Assembly (NCBI GenBank): GCA_963665295.1
Contig: OY762209.1
Location: 928,001-992,000 of the forward strand
Origin: Syntrophorhabdaceae bacterium
GTDB lineage: Bacteria > Desulfobacterota > Syntrophorhabdia > Syntrophorhabdales > Syntrophorhabdaceae
Direction: 5' to 3'
Length of the DNA: 64,000 bases
Shown here: positions 1 through 9,311 of the stretch, in pieces
Layout of the letters: the number at the start of each line of letters is the position of its first letter
Position numbering within the stretch: position 1 is the stretch's first letter
Translations under genes and position numbers: made by a program
Notes under the pieces: model-generated
What the model was told of the DNA's origin: nothing
Databases searched by the model: none
The model's input: only the letters and a program-made list of their open reading frames with translations

Positions 1-1799
1 CCTTCCACGGGAATCGACAGTGAACCGGGGCTGAGGGTGGTGATGACGCACGGCGCCGCCTTCTGCGTTACGCCGAGGGTCTCCCCTCCAATGGTGACGC
101 TGCCGGTACGTTCCGAAGAGGTCGTGTTGGCGGTGACCGTCACCCGCACCGTTTTCTTGTTATTCTTCCAGGTCATGCCGTAGGCGCTGATCCACGAGGA
201 GTCGCTCGGACTCGCGTCCGGTTCGGCGCATATTACCTTGTTTTTGCCGTCCTTCCCCGTGGCGGTGACGTTTTGAGCCCCCCATGCGGGGTTGAAGGTC
301 TTTGTGCGGGGGCTCAAGGCATAGGTGCAGGAATGATCGTCGAAGGCGGCCGTGGCCGTTATGTCGCTATTCATGGTGACCGTGCACGCCTGTACCCCTT
401 TGCAGCCCCCGGTCCATCCCGAAAAAACCGATCCTCTTTCAGGAACAGGTGTCATGGTCACCTTGGTGCCTTTTGCAAATTCGGCGCTACAGTCGGGACC
501 GCAGAGGATGCCATAGGGTGATGACGTGATCGTACCCGCGCCCGCCCCCTTTTTTTCCGCGGTGAGGGTATAGGCGGCGGCCTGGCTTGTTTCTTTTAAC
601 CATATGGCGGTATACCCGCTCGGCAGAGGTCCGTCATATACGAGCGTGTTGCCGTCCGGGGTCAGCTTCGGGTCCCTGTCGTAACCCGACGAAGTATTTG
701 TCACGAGTCGAGTGGTCCACGCGCCTTTCTCGTACTCCGCCATCTCAAGGACCGAGGCATACATCAGGTCCCCGGTTACGAGGCCACGATGGTAGACGAG
801 GCGGGTCCCTGTAGCGTTGACGGCAGCCGGGCCGTCGAGGTAGATGCTGGGGATCAGTACGGTGGGGTTCACCTTTTCGGGGACAGCCCATCCTTCCCCG
901 GAACGGCGTATCACATAATGGTACTGCTCCGTCTCCGTGCTGCCCTCCACCTTGGTTATGCGATAGAAGACGGCCGAGCCGTCAGTGATAACCCGGGGAT
1001 AGTCCACAAACAAATAGTAGGTCTCGTGGTATTCCTCACCCGTGAGCCATTCCGGCGTCTTCCATGTGCCGCCCTCCTTCTCCGCATAGACGAGCCGGTA
1101 GTTCTGGGCCCATGCAAGCTTCGTGGCGTCGGCATTTATGGAGACCTGCTGCGGGCTGCCCTTGTCTGCTTCGCTCACCGCCACAGGACTCCCCCACGTC
1201 CCATTGGTGCGCGTCGACACGTACAGCGTCGACCCTCCTGAAAAGGGGTTCGGGTAATCCGTATAGGCAAGGGTATTGCCGTCTTCGCTGATGCTCATCC
1301 AATAATGGTGGTTTTCGAAACCCGTGGGCAACACATACGGGGCGCCCCACTCGCCGGAAGTTCTGTCGATCAGGTATATCTCGTTCTTGCCGGTCCCGGC
1401 GGTGTAGCCAAGGTAGGCGATAACATTGCCGTTGCCGCTTAGCACCGGGTGCGTGTACCGCGGCATCCAGATAAAGTTCCCCGTGTCGTTGATGCCGTTA
1501 TCCGCAAGGACCTTTGGGGTCCCCCATTTGCCCGCCGAATACTCGACGATCTTGATCTCCTTCTGAGTGTCGGTACTCCCCGCCTGATCGTTGAGATAGA
1601 GCACCGTGGCTCCATCCGCCGATACACTGGGCCGCATGGCGTAACCTGGATTGTCCGGAATCAGATTGATTGCGGCGCCCCACACGACGGCCCTGTCCCG
1701 GGACCGCTCCAGGGGGCCCTGAGCCCACGCCGTGGAGATGCCGAGAAAGATACATACAACACATAAACAAAAGCCCGTAAACGTATTTCTTATCGCCAT
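1..1799 (-). CDS. Secreted beta-propeller (TolB/PD40-like) protein with an InlB-B-repeat-like domain and a BACON-like C-terminal module; 3' end runs off the window
   Basis: Not in the ORF track. Hand translation from ATG at 1799 (G-rich RBS) gives signal peptide MAIRNTFTGFCLCVVCIFLGISTAWA, repeats PSVSADG/PVLSGNG/PKLTPDG, then GAGTITSSPYGILCGPDC and CTYALSPRTKTF...SWIS...RTGSVTIGG. The frame stays open to position 3. Confidence 0.85.
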   Translation of the reverse strand, partial: MAIRNTFTGFCLCVVCIFLGISTAWAQGPLERSRDRAVVWGAAINLIPDNPGYAMRPSVSADGATVLYLNDQAGSTDTQKEIKIVEYSAGKWGTPKVLADNGINDTGNFIWMPRYTHPVLSGNGNVIAYLGYTAGTGKNEIYLIDRTSGEWGAPYVLPTGFENHHYWMSISEDGNTLAYTDYPNPFSGGSTLYVSTRTNGTWGSPVAVSEADKGSPQQVSINADATKLAWAQNYRLVYAEKEGGTWKTPEWLTGEEYHETYYLFVDYPRVITDGSAVFYRITKVEGSTETEQYHYVIRRSGEGWAVPEKVNPTVLIPSIYLDGPAAVNATGTRLVYHRGLVTGDLMYASVLEMAEYEKGAWTTRLVTNTSSGYDRDPKLTPDGNTLVYDGPLPSGYTAIWLKETSQAAAYTLTAEKKGAGAGTITSSPYGILCGPDCSAEFAKGTKVTMTPVPERGSVFSGWTGGCKGVQACTVTMNSDITATAAFDDHSCTYALSPRTKTFNPAWGAQNVTATGKDGKNKVICAEPDASPSDSSWISAYGMTWKNNKKTVRVTVTANTTSSERTGSVTIGGETLGVTQKAAPCVITTLSPGSLSIPVE

Positions 1800-2039
1800 A
1801 AAGTCCCCCCGAATATTGTTGTGATCAGCCTAGCCCGGCTTCACGTATTCTATCAGGCCCTCCGGCATACTTCAAGAACTATGGAGTGCAAAATGCCGGG
1901 CTGCAAAAAGGTGAAAAACCCGTTCCCACCCGACAGGGCAACCATACCCCGGGGATGGGGGTCCTCCGTCCGGGACAGGGGAAGATCGATCGCGCACCCC
2001 TGTCGGGGAGTGGGAGGCGTCCGTGGCCTTGCTTATAAG

Positions 2040-2079
2040 AAACCACCCGCCTGACCATCCAGGATCAGGCGGGTGGTTT
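2040..2079. terminator. Intrinsic terminator hairpin
   Basis: 15-bp inverted repeat AAACCACCCGCCTGA / TCAGGCGGGTGGTTT with a 10-nt loop, 40 bp downstream of the 2120 stop. Confidence 0.75.
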
Positions 2080-2119
2080 TCATCTGCGTCGGAATAAAGG
2101 CCGGTCTATTCCCCTGCCC

Positions 2120-3745
2120 TCATTTCTTATTCACCTTTACCGAATGGGTCTTCGTCTTTCCGTTCGCCGTAAGGGTAACGGTGATTTTGCCCGACAGCGT
2201 CTTCCCTGTCCCGTTGGGATCCACGACATAACCCACTACTGCGCTGCCGCTACCGGAAGCCTCGGGGGTAATCCACGGGACGCTGGAAGCAGCAGTCCAT
2301 TCGCAATCCTGGGCCGACAAAGTCATGGCAAAGTCACCCTCACCCCCGCCGACAGGGAAGGTACGCGAGGAAGGCGTAAGTTTGGTTATGCTGCAGGCAA
2401 CCGCCGCCTGATCGATGGTGAGCACCGCATCGCCTCCCGCAAACGTGACGGTGCCGGAACGCGGGAAGGAGGTAGCGCTTTTGCCCACGGTAACCTTGAC
2501 CGTGCCCTTATTCTTCTTCCAGCCTGCCGATGTAAGGACCGGAGATATCCACGACGGTTCACTCGAAACAAATTCCGGGACAGGACATGTGGTTGCGCCG
2601 AAGCCCTTGACCGTGACGCTTACGCTCCCTCCATTGGCCGAAAATTTCTTCGCAGACGTGCTTATGGTGTAACTGCAGGGATCCGCCGCCGCCTCCAGGT
2701 TTACGATGCTTACGCTCTGAAGGCCCATTCCTGAATAACTGCCGCCCCAGGGCATGGTGTGGTTGCTGTTGTCCCATGTATCATGGAGGTAGACCGTGTT
2801 GGTGGAAGAATCGTAGCCCACCCCGACTATGGTATGGCCTGCGAGGTTAAGCATTACGGGGCGGCCCGCATTGATTTCCGCCATGTACTGGGCAAAGGAA
2901 AACCCTCCCGCAAGCATATTGTCGGTCTTCTGGTTGTAACAATCAGTTACCGTGTACCCCCTGGCTTCGTAAAAAAGTTTCCTTCCATAGGTCCCATCCA
3001 GGGTATCTATGCTATACCCCACCATGTCGGCGCACGCAAGGGGTGAAGCGCTGCTTGTATAGGTGTAGAAGCTGGTGGAGCCATCGGTGTTGCCATAGGC
3101 GGACTGGCTGGTCTTCATGTAATCCCCGACCGCACTCCCCCACGCATGTTGCGCCCAGGATCCCGAGATATAGGGGTCGGGGTTCGCATTTTCGTATACG
3201 ATCCAGTAGTCGTCGATGGAGCCCTTCGTGCTCCTGCCGTCCAATCCCTTATGGGAGGCGATTAACGGATTATTGGGATAGGTATCCGTGCCGTCCGACC
3301 AGGTCCCCCAGGAGGCGTCCTCTTTGAGGGGAATCATACCGCCGCCGGTGGGACCCGTGTACATATCAGGAAATCCGTTCCGGTCATAGTATCCCGCGAT
3401 CATTGAGCCGGAAACCGCCGAGCAGCCAAAAACCCATTTGTATGCAGGGGCGGTGAGGGTATTGGTTCCCGTTTTCGGGCTGGGTTCGGGCATCGAAACC
3501 TCTGCGCGCTCAAGTTCATAGCCGGGTGGTGGTACGGGCGGACCGCTGATTACGTTCCTGTCAATCGCTTTTCCATCATCGTACGTGGTGGTTTGGGTCC
3601 CGTAATATTCATTGATCCGCTGCAAGGCCCCTTCTGCAACTGCGGTCTTGGTCACGGTGGTTTGCGCGAAAGCAGTAAAAGCAAAAAGAACACCAATTAC
3701 CGACACAATAACCGGTAAAGCCAATCCCCTTCTGAGTTTCTTCAT
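2120..3745 (-). CDS. Secreted papain-like cysteine peptidase (C10/C39-like) with two C-terminal BACON-like domains
   Basis: Start moved to MKKLRRG (ATG 3745, RBS AGAGGAGG). Signal peptide; Cys motif WVFGCSAVSGSMIAGYY; His motif GHTIVGVGYD...YLHDTWD. Confidence 0.75.
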   Translation of the reverse strand: MKKLRRGLALPVIVSVIGVLFAFTAFAQTTVTKTAVAEGALQRINEYYGTQTTTYDDGKAIDRNVISGPPVPPPGYELERAEVSMPEPSPKTGTNTLTAPAYKWVFGCSAVSGSMIAGYYDRNGFPDMYTGPTGGGMIPLKEDASWGTWSDGTDTYPNNPLIASHKGLDGRSTKGSIDDYWIVYENANPDPYISGSWAQHAWGSAVGDYMKTSQSAYGNTDGSTSFYTYTSSASPLACADMVGYSIDTLDGTYGRKLFYEARGYTVTDCYNQKTDNMLAGGFSFAQYMAEINAGRPVMLNLAGHTIVGVGYDSSTNTVYLHDTWDNSNHTMPWGGSYSGMGLQSVSIVNLEAAADPCSYTISTSAKKFSANGGSVSVTVKGFGATTCPVPEFVSSEPSWISPVLTSAGWKKNKGTVKVTVGKSATSFPRSGTVTFAGGDAVLTIDQAAVACSITKLTPSSRTFPVGGGEGDFAMTLSAQDCEWTAASSVPWITPEASGSGSAVVGYVVDPNGTGKTLSGKITVTLTANGKTKTHSVKVNKK

Positions 3746-4209
3746 ATTAATACCTCCTCTTTCGATAATCTTGGGACGACGTGCCGAATGACCCCCCTCG
3801 TGTGGATAGTTCAAGATTATCAGGATACGCAGGGTCATGTCAAGTCATGGTCGTATGGATCAAGGCCGGTCCTCAATCCAGCACCGTCATGAGCGCCATA
3901 TCCCCTGTATTCGGGACGCGAGAGACATGGACAAGGGAATTTCGATTATGAAAAGGCGTAGAACAATGGAGCGGGGTTTTCGGGATATCTTCGGGTCGCT
4001 TCTTTTCACAGTCTATCGCACAAGCGAACCGTGCCCATCTTTCCCGCTGTTTTCTCTATGCGGGTAATTACGCAACGCCATGCTGGTCCGGGACATAAGA
4101 CCATCCGAGCCTCGCTCACCCCATGCCGTCTGCGATGTGGAATGTGAGCATCAAGACTTGCAGAAGCGGTTTAAGTCTCCCGCCCCCGGCCGGGGGCGGG
4201 AGACTCGTT

Positions 4210-5487
4210 TTACGCCGGAGGATCATAGACACCCGATGGGATACAGTGGTCCAGAAGGATTGTCTGGTCAAGCTGGTAGGTCGGGGTTGGATACTCGGCG
4301 GGCCATAACGCCGCCTGCATGGTCCCGGGCGCCAGCCATGCGTAGCTGTCAACGCCCACCTTGTGCTGCGTAATCCGGTTCGGGGAGACGATCAGGGACA
4401 GCATATCCGTAGCAAAAACCACGGGGCCCTTGTACCAGCTGCGAATATCCTTAAGCGCCGGGCCTTTTGTGTCGGAATTGACCTGGAAATGAGTAACCAC
4501 GGCCAGCCGGGGATTGGTCTGTTTCATAATGTAGCCGAACGCCTTTTGTGGAGTATGAGAACTGTCCTGTATATTCTGGGCTACTTGCACGGCCGCATCA
4601 TAACCAGGCTGTCCCGGCTTGAGTCCTGTGTTCTTTTCCGCCCAGGTCTCAGGCGGCACGACCATCTCGTGGATGAGGACATCGACCCCCTGTCCGTGTT
4701 CGATTACATAGTCATTCGGCTTCGTATCACCGGTAAAGATCATGGACATGCCATTATAGATGAGCTTGTAACTTATGGAGCCGTTCCTGTCGTGGGCTGC
4801 GGGGAAATAGGTAATCGTCACTCCATTCGCGTTATAGATGGGCGGAGCGTTATCCTGTGTCCAGTCGCACTCCGTTATCTCCAGGTCATAGCCGTTATTG
4901 CCGGAACCTCTTGGCCCCAGGCCGGTCTGCAGGAAGCTGAAGGCTTCCACATGCCACGTCGCAAATGCCTGGAATGCGTTGAAGAAAGCCAAGGTCCCGT
5001 CGTCGGGGTTCTCGCCCGTTGTGGGATTGGTAATATTGGAGCGAGTGGGTCCCCAGACCTTGAGGGCCGATTTCCGGTCCCCTGAAGGTCCGAAACAATA
5101 CGCGTGGATGAGATCGGATGTATGATCGCCGTGCAGATGGGTAAGGAATATTTTATCCATTCTTGAATACGGAATGCCCATGGCATTATATTTGGCCACC
5201 ACACCCGAACCGCAATCAAACACAAACTGATCGCCGCTGCCCACTTCGACGAATACGCTGTTACATTCCTGAGCGGTACGGGGAATGCACGAAGTCCCAA
5301 GGAATGTGATCCTCATCTCATTTGTCTGAAGGGCCCTCCGATGAGGAAAGCTCGCTCTTCCCGTCGCAGCCGCATCCGCCGACTCCGAAGCGTGTGACGG
5401 GCGCGATGTCAACCCCCCAAGGCCCAACGCTCCAAGGACCATCGCGGGAAACTTCAATATATTTCTTCGTGTTATGCCGATTCCCAT
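4210..5487 (-). CDS. Tat-exported MBL-fold metallohydrolase (RNase Z / AtsA-like)
   Basis: Twin-arginine TRRNILK; ITFLGTS, FDCGSG, THLHGDH, FTGDT, LIHE, SHT and VTHF motifs. Confidence 0.85.
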   Translation of the reverse strand: MGIGITRRNILKFPAMVLGALGLGGLTSRPSHASESADAAATGRASFPHRRALQTNEMRITFLGTSCIPRTAQECNSVFVEVGSGDQFVFDCGSGVVAKYNAMGIPYSRMDKIFLTHLHGDHTSDLIHAYCFGPSGDRKSALKVWGPTRSNITNPTTGENPDDGTLAFFNAFQAFATWHVEAFSFLQTGLGPRGSGNNGYDLEITECDWTQDNAPPIYNANGVTITYFPAAHDRNGSISYKLIYNGMSMIFTGDTKPNDYVIEHGQGVDVLIHEMVVPPETWAEKNTGLKPGQPGYDAAVQVAQNIQDSSHTPQKAFGYIMKQTNPRLAVVTHFQVNSDTKGPALKDIRSWYKGPVVFATDMLSLIVSPNRITQHKVGVDSYAWLAPGTMQAALWPAEYPTPTYQLDQTILLDHCIPSGVYDPPA

Positions 5488-5554
5488 GTTCTTTTAACCC
5501 CCTGTCGAGTTTGTGAATCCGGCCTTCTTTGTACGCCTGACTCTTTGACTTTGA

Positions 5555-5583
5555 ATTCTAATGGGATGCAAAACGATTGTCAA
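5555..5583 (-). promoter_or_regulatory. Sigma70 promoter for the MBL hydrolase
   Basis: TTGACA-17 bp-TAGAAT on the minus strand. Confidence 0.7.
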
Positions 5584-5759
5584 GCAGAAGTCGGGGGTAG
5601 GCGGTTGCTATTAAAGGCAAAGATTGTGTGACGGGCGAACCGGATGCGGAATCGGGGGCGGGGATATGGACAAGGCGACGGTGATGACGACAAAAGCGGG
5701 GAACCATGGTGCGGGGTTTTCGGGGTATCTTCGGATCGTTTCTTTTGCCGTTTTATGGC

Positions 5760-5788
5760 AAAAAAGAGCGTCCCCAGGGGGATTCGAA
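5760..5788 (-). repeat. att-like copy 3 of the tRNA-Glu 3' end
   Basis: AAAAAAG-AGCGTCCCCAGGGGGATTCGAA matches 14420-14449 apart from a 1-nt gap. Confidence 0.9.
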
Positions 5789-5884
5789 TGGCCGTTGGCC
5801 CTTGATGGGTAGTGGTTTATGAGCAGTGTCCGTCCCGGGTTCGTTTTGAATATTTTGGTCCTGGCCCGGTCCGACCCGGTGGTC

Positions 5885-7381
5885 CTACTTGCTCTGCTTT
5901 ACGGCAAAGGTCTTCGTCTTCTTGCCCATGGTGATGATGATCTTCCCGCTCCTTGCCGCCTTATGGTCGCTGTTGGCGGAGACAGTGTAGCCCACGTCTG
6001 CGGTCCCCGTGCCCGGGCTTCCGGAGGTGACCGTGACCCACGTGGATTTTTTGTCCGCCGCCGCGGTCCATGCACAGTCGGCAGGGACGGCTTTTACCGT
6101 GAAGACGTCCGAGTGCTCGCCTGAGTCGAAGTTCGGCGACGAGTTGGCGCTGAGGCTCATGGCGCAGTCCCGACCTTTCTGGGTAAGGATGAAGGCTTCT
6201 TCCCCGATGGTTACCGTGCCCGACCTCGCCACCGAGCTTTCATAGAGGGGGATGGTGAGGATGACCGTCCCTTTGGTCTTGCTGAAGGTGTTGCTGCTGA
6301 TGGTAATCCACTCACTGTCCGCCGACACGTCGGGCGCGGGGCAGTACGTCGAGCCTTTTGCCGTGATCGCGATACTTACGACCCCTCCCTTGCAGGTGAC
6401 GCTCTTGGTTTTGGGAGAGGGAGCATAGGTGCAGGGGACACCGGAAAAGCCCGCACCCACTGTGGTGTCCGCCTTCATTGTCACGGAGCAGGCGCCCGTG
6501 CCTTTGCAGCCTCCCGACCAGGAGGTGAAGCTCGATCCCTTATCCGGCCTGGGGGTGAGGGTAACCTTCGTGTTCTTCGTGTAGCTTGCCCGGCAGGTGG
6601 AGCCGCAGTTGACGCCTGCAGGGGATGAGGTGATCGTGCCTGTGCCGTTGCCGCTTACGGCAACGATCAGGCCCGCGCCCCCGTCATAGCGGATATCCCG
6701 GAAGTTCGTCGCGGTGATGTTCGTGCCCCCGGAACCGTCCTGTCGGATGATTGCGCCGTTGCCGTCACGGAGCGTGTAGCTCTGGCCGTTCTTGTTCACC
6801 ACGAGCTGGTTCGTCCCCGCGCCGCCATCGAGGGAGGCCGTGTCATCTCCGGCGGAGACGTTATAAGTAACCGTGTCATTCCCTGCGCCTCCTTCGACGC
6901 GGATGAAATCGTTCCCATCGCCGCCATTTGCCGTGATCGTGTCGTTCCCGGCGCCGCCGTCCACAATTATCTGATCATTCCCGGCGCCTCCCACTGCCGT
7001 GATTGTGTCATTCCCCGCGCCTCCCGCGAGCGTGATGAAGTCGTCACCCTCGTCGCCGAAGGCAGCCATCCCATTCTTCCCGTCGCCGCCGAACTGGAAT
7101 ATCTGGTCGTCCCCCGCGCCGCCCGACGCGGTAATGGAGTTGTCCCCCGCGCCGCCGTCCTGGTAAATGTAATCGTTCCCTTCGAGGCCCGACGCGTCCT
7201 GGGTGTCATTCCCGCCGAGTCCGAGCTGGAGGATCACGTCGTCTCCCGCTGTTCCCGTGAAGGTCTGGGTATCCGCGCCCTCCGTGCCTGTCTGGATCGT
7301 CGGCTCGCCGAAGACCGGGGTGACGGCAAAGAGCATCGCGGCCCCGATTATGGCGCCAAGGATGGTCCGTTGTCTCTGCAT
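5885..7381 (-). CDS. Secreted Ca-binding RTX-like repeat protein with InlB-B-like and two BACON-like domains
   Basis: Signal peptide; GGxG(D/N)D repeats; GTGTITSSPAGVNCGSTC; C-terminal module shared with 1..1799 and 2120..3745; RBS GGAGGAG. Confidence 0.85.
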   Translation of the reverse strand: MQRQRTILGAIIGAAMLFAVTPVFGEPTIQTGTEGADTQTFTGTAGDDVILQLGLGGNDTQDASGLEGNDYIYQDGGAGDNSITASGGAGDDQIFQFGGDGKNGMAAFGDEGDDFITLAGGAGNDTITAVGGAGNDQIIVDGGAGNDTITANGGDGNDFIRVEGGAGNDTVTYNVSAGDDTASLDGGAGTNQLVVNKNGQSYTLRDGNGAIIRQDGSGGTNITATNFRDIRYDGGAGLIVAVSGNGTGTITSSPAGVNCGSTCRASYTKNTKVTLTPRPDKGSSFTSWSGGCKGTGACSVTMKADTTVGAGFSGVPCTYAPSPKTKSVTCKGGVVSIAITAKGSTYCPAPDVSADSEWITISSNTFSKTKGTVILTIPLYESSVARSGTVTIGEEAFILTQKGRDCAMSLSANSSPNFDSGEHSDVFTVKAVPADCAWTAAADKKSTWVTVTSGSPGTGTADVGYTVSANSDHKAARSGKIIITMGKKTKTFAVKQSK

Positions 7382-7403
7382 GGTTCTCCTCCCCTTAATG
7401 TTC

Positions 7404-7594
7404 TCAAGGCTGCGGCGAGACGGTGATGCAGGCGCCGTCCGCGAAGCAAACCCCTATGTCTTCTCACCGCCATCCTGATAGATATAATCATTCCCGTCGC
7501 CGACGGAAGCGTACAGGGTGTCGTCACCCCCGAGCCCGAACTGGAGGACCATGGCGGCCCGTATCAACATCCTATGATAGCTCTGTCCCCACAT
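7404..7594 (-). pseudogene. Internally deleted third copy of the RTX-like gene
   Basis: Same start as 7598..8389, then a 138-bp deletion at the GAGGACCATG microhomology and an early TAG at 7454. An out-of-frame C-terminal remnant EDIGVCFADGAC resembles EEITVCFGHSD. Confidence 0.8.
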
Positions 7595-7597
7595 GTC

Positions 7598-8389
7598 TCA
7601 GACCCCCCACACGATGCTGCACGTCACGGTCTGGTCCGAGTGTCCGAAGCAGACCGTGATCTCTTCCACATTCGTCACGGTAATAATGGCGTCCAGACCC
7701 GTCCCGGACTTGTAAAGCTCATTACCCTCGATATCCTTCACGGTAAAGTCCTTGCTTTCGCCCACGCTGACTGTAAGCACGTCATGACCTTCCCCGCCGT
7801 CGATGAACGTGACATCATCGCCTCCGGAAATGTTGTAATAGATCTTATCGTCTCCCGGACCCGCGTCGATCAGGATGTAGTCATTCCGGTATCCTCCATC
7901 CGCATGCAGCGTGTCATCCCCGTCGCCGCCTCTCATGACCATGTAATCGTCGTCATCTCCACTATACGCGGTCATTATGTCATTCCCCGGTCCCCCGTAC
8001 TGGAATATCCGGTCATTTCCCGTGCCGCCTGTGGCGGTCATTGTGTCGTTCCCCGGTCCCCCGTACTGGAATATCCGGTCGTCTCCGGCCCCGACGTTCG
8101 CGGTCACCTTATCGTCCCCAGCGCCCCCGTCCTGATAGATATAATCATTCCCGTCGCCGACGGAAGCGTACAGGGTGTCGTCACCCCCGAGCCCGAACTG
8201 GAGGACCATGTCGTCGCCGACGGTGCCCACCTGGATTTGCTCATCCGCGCCCTCCGTGCCGGTCCAGATGATCGGTGTCGGGGCGGCGGAGGTCACTTCA
8301 GGGACAAGGCCGGGCAAGGCAAAAAGCACCATGGCCGAGAGGACCATGGCGGCCCGCATCAACATCCTATGACAGCTCTGTCCCCACAT
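7598..8389 (-). CDS. Secreted Ca-binding RTX-like repeat protein (copy 2)
   Basis: Hydrophobic signal segment; 11-aa GGxGxD repeats; near-identical to 8393..9169 at a 795-bp offset. Start could be slightly downstream. Confidence 0.8.
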   Translation of the reverse strand: MWGQSCHRMLMRAAMVLSAMVLFALPGLVPEVTSAAPTPIIWTGTEGADEQIQVGTVGDDMVLQFGLGGDDTLYASVGDGNDYIYQDGGAGDDKVTANVGAGDDRIFQYGGPGNDTMTATGGTGNDRIFQYGGPGNDIMTAYSGDDDDYMVMRGGDGDDTLHADGGYRNDYILIDAGPGDDKIYYNISGGDDVTFIDGGEGHDVLTVSVGESKDFTVKDIEGNELYKSGTGLDAIITVTNVEEITVCFGHSDQTVTCSIVWGV

Positions 8390-8392
8390 GTC

Positions 8393-9169
8393 TCAAATCC
8401 CCCACACGATGCTGCACGTCTCGGTCTGGTCCGAGTGTCCGAAGCAGACCGTGATCTCTTCCACATTCGTCACGGTAATAATGGTGTCCAAACCCGTCCC
8501 GGACTTGTAAAGCTCATTGCCCTCGATATCCTTCACGGTAAAGTTCTTGCTTTCGCCCACGCTGACTGTAAGCACGTCATGACCTTCCCCGCCGTCGATG
8601 AACGTGACATCATCGCCTCCGGAAACGTTGTAATAGATCTTATCGTCTCCCGGACCCGCGTCGATCAGGATGCAGTTATTCTGGTATCCTCCATCCGCAT
8701 GCAGCGTGTCATCCCCGTCGCCGCCTCTCATGACCATGTAATTGTCGTTATCGCCGCCGTTGGCAGTCATTGTATCGTTCCCCGGCCCGCCGTACTGAAG
8801 GATCCAGTCATTTCCCGTGCCGCCTGTGGCGGTCATTATGTCGTTCCCCGGTCCCCCGTACTGGAATATCCGGTCGTCTCCGGCCCCGCCGGTCGCGGTC
8901 ATCGTATCGTCCCCCACGCCGCCGTCCTGGTAAATGTAGTCGTTGCCGTCAAGGCCCGACGCGTACTGAGTGTCGCCCCCTCCGAAGCCGAACTGGAGGA
9001 CCATGTCGTCGCCGGCGGTGCTCACCTGGATTTGCTCATCCGCCTCCTCCGTGCCGGTCCAGATGATCGGCGTCGGGGCGGCCGCCCTCGCGCCCGGGCC
9101 AAGGCCGGGCGGGGCAAAGAAAACTGTAAATGCGATTATTGCGCAAAGGATCGTCCGTAGCGAATACAT
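8393..9169 (-). CDS. Secreted Ca-binding RTX-like repeat protein (copy 1)
   Basis: Start moved to MYSLRT (ATG 9169, RBS AAGGGGG); signal peptide; GGxGxD repeats. Confidence 0.8.
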   Translation of the reverse strand: MYSLRTILCAIIAFTVFFAPPGLGPGARAAAPTPIIWTGTEEADEQIQVSTAGDDMVLQFGFGGGDTQYASGLDGNDYIYQDGGVGDDTMTATGGAGDDRIFQYGGPGNDIMTATGGTGNDWILQYGGPGNDTMTANGGDNDNYMVMRGGDGDDTLHADGGYQNNCILIDAGPGDDKIYYNVSGGDDVTFIDGGEGHDVLTVSVGESKNFTVKDIEGNELYKSGTGLDTIITVTNVEEITVCFGHSDQTETCSIVWGI

Positions 9170-9311
9170 CGATATTCCCCCTTCATGCAGCCCGGACGGG
9201 CGGGTTATATATGACAATATAATATCATCTTTCCCCCAATACATCAAAAAAACAGATAAAATGCAGTCCATCGTGTCTTTCTTTGGACCTACGATACCCT
9301 TGATCCTGCTT

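Noticed and set aside
7574..9160. 528-aa plus-strand ORF
   Set aside because: Antisense shadow of the duplicated RTX-like genes with no protein-like motifs.
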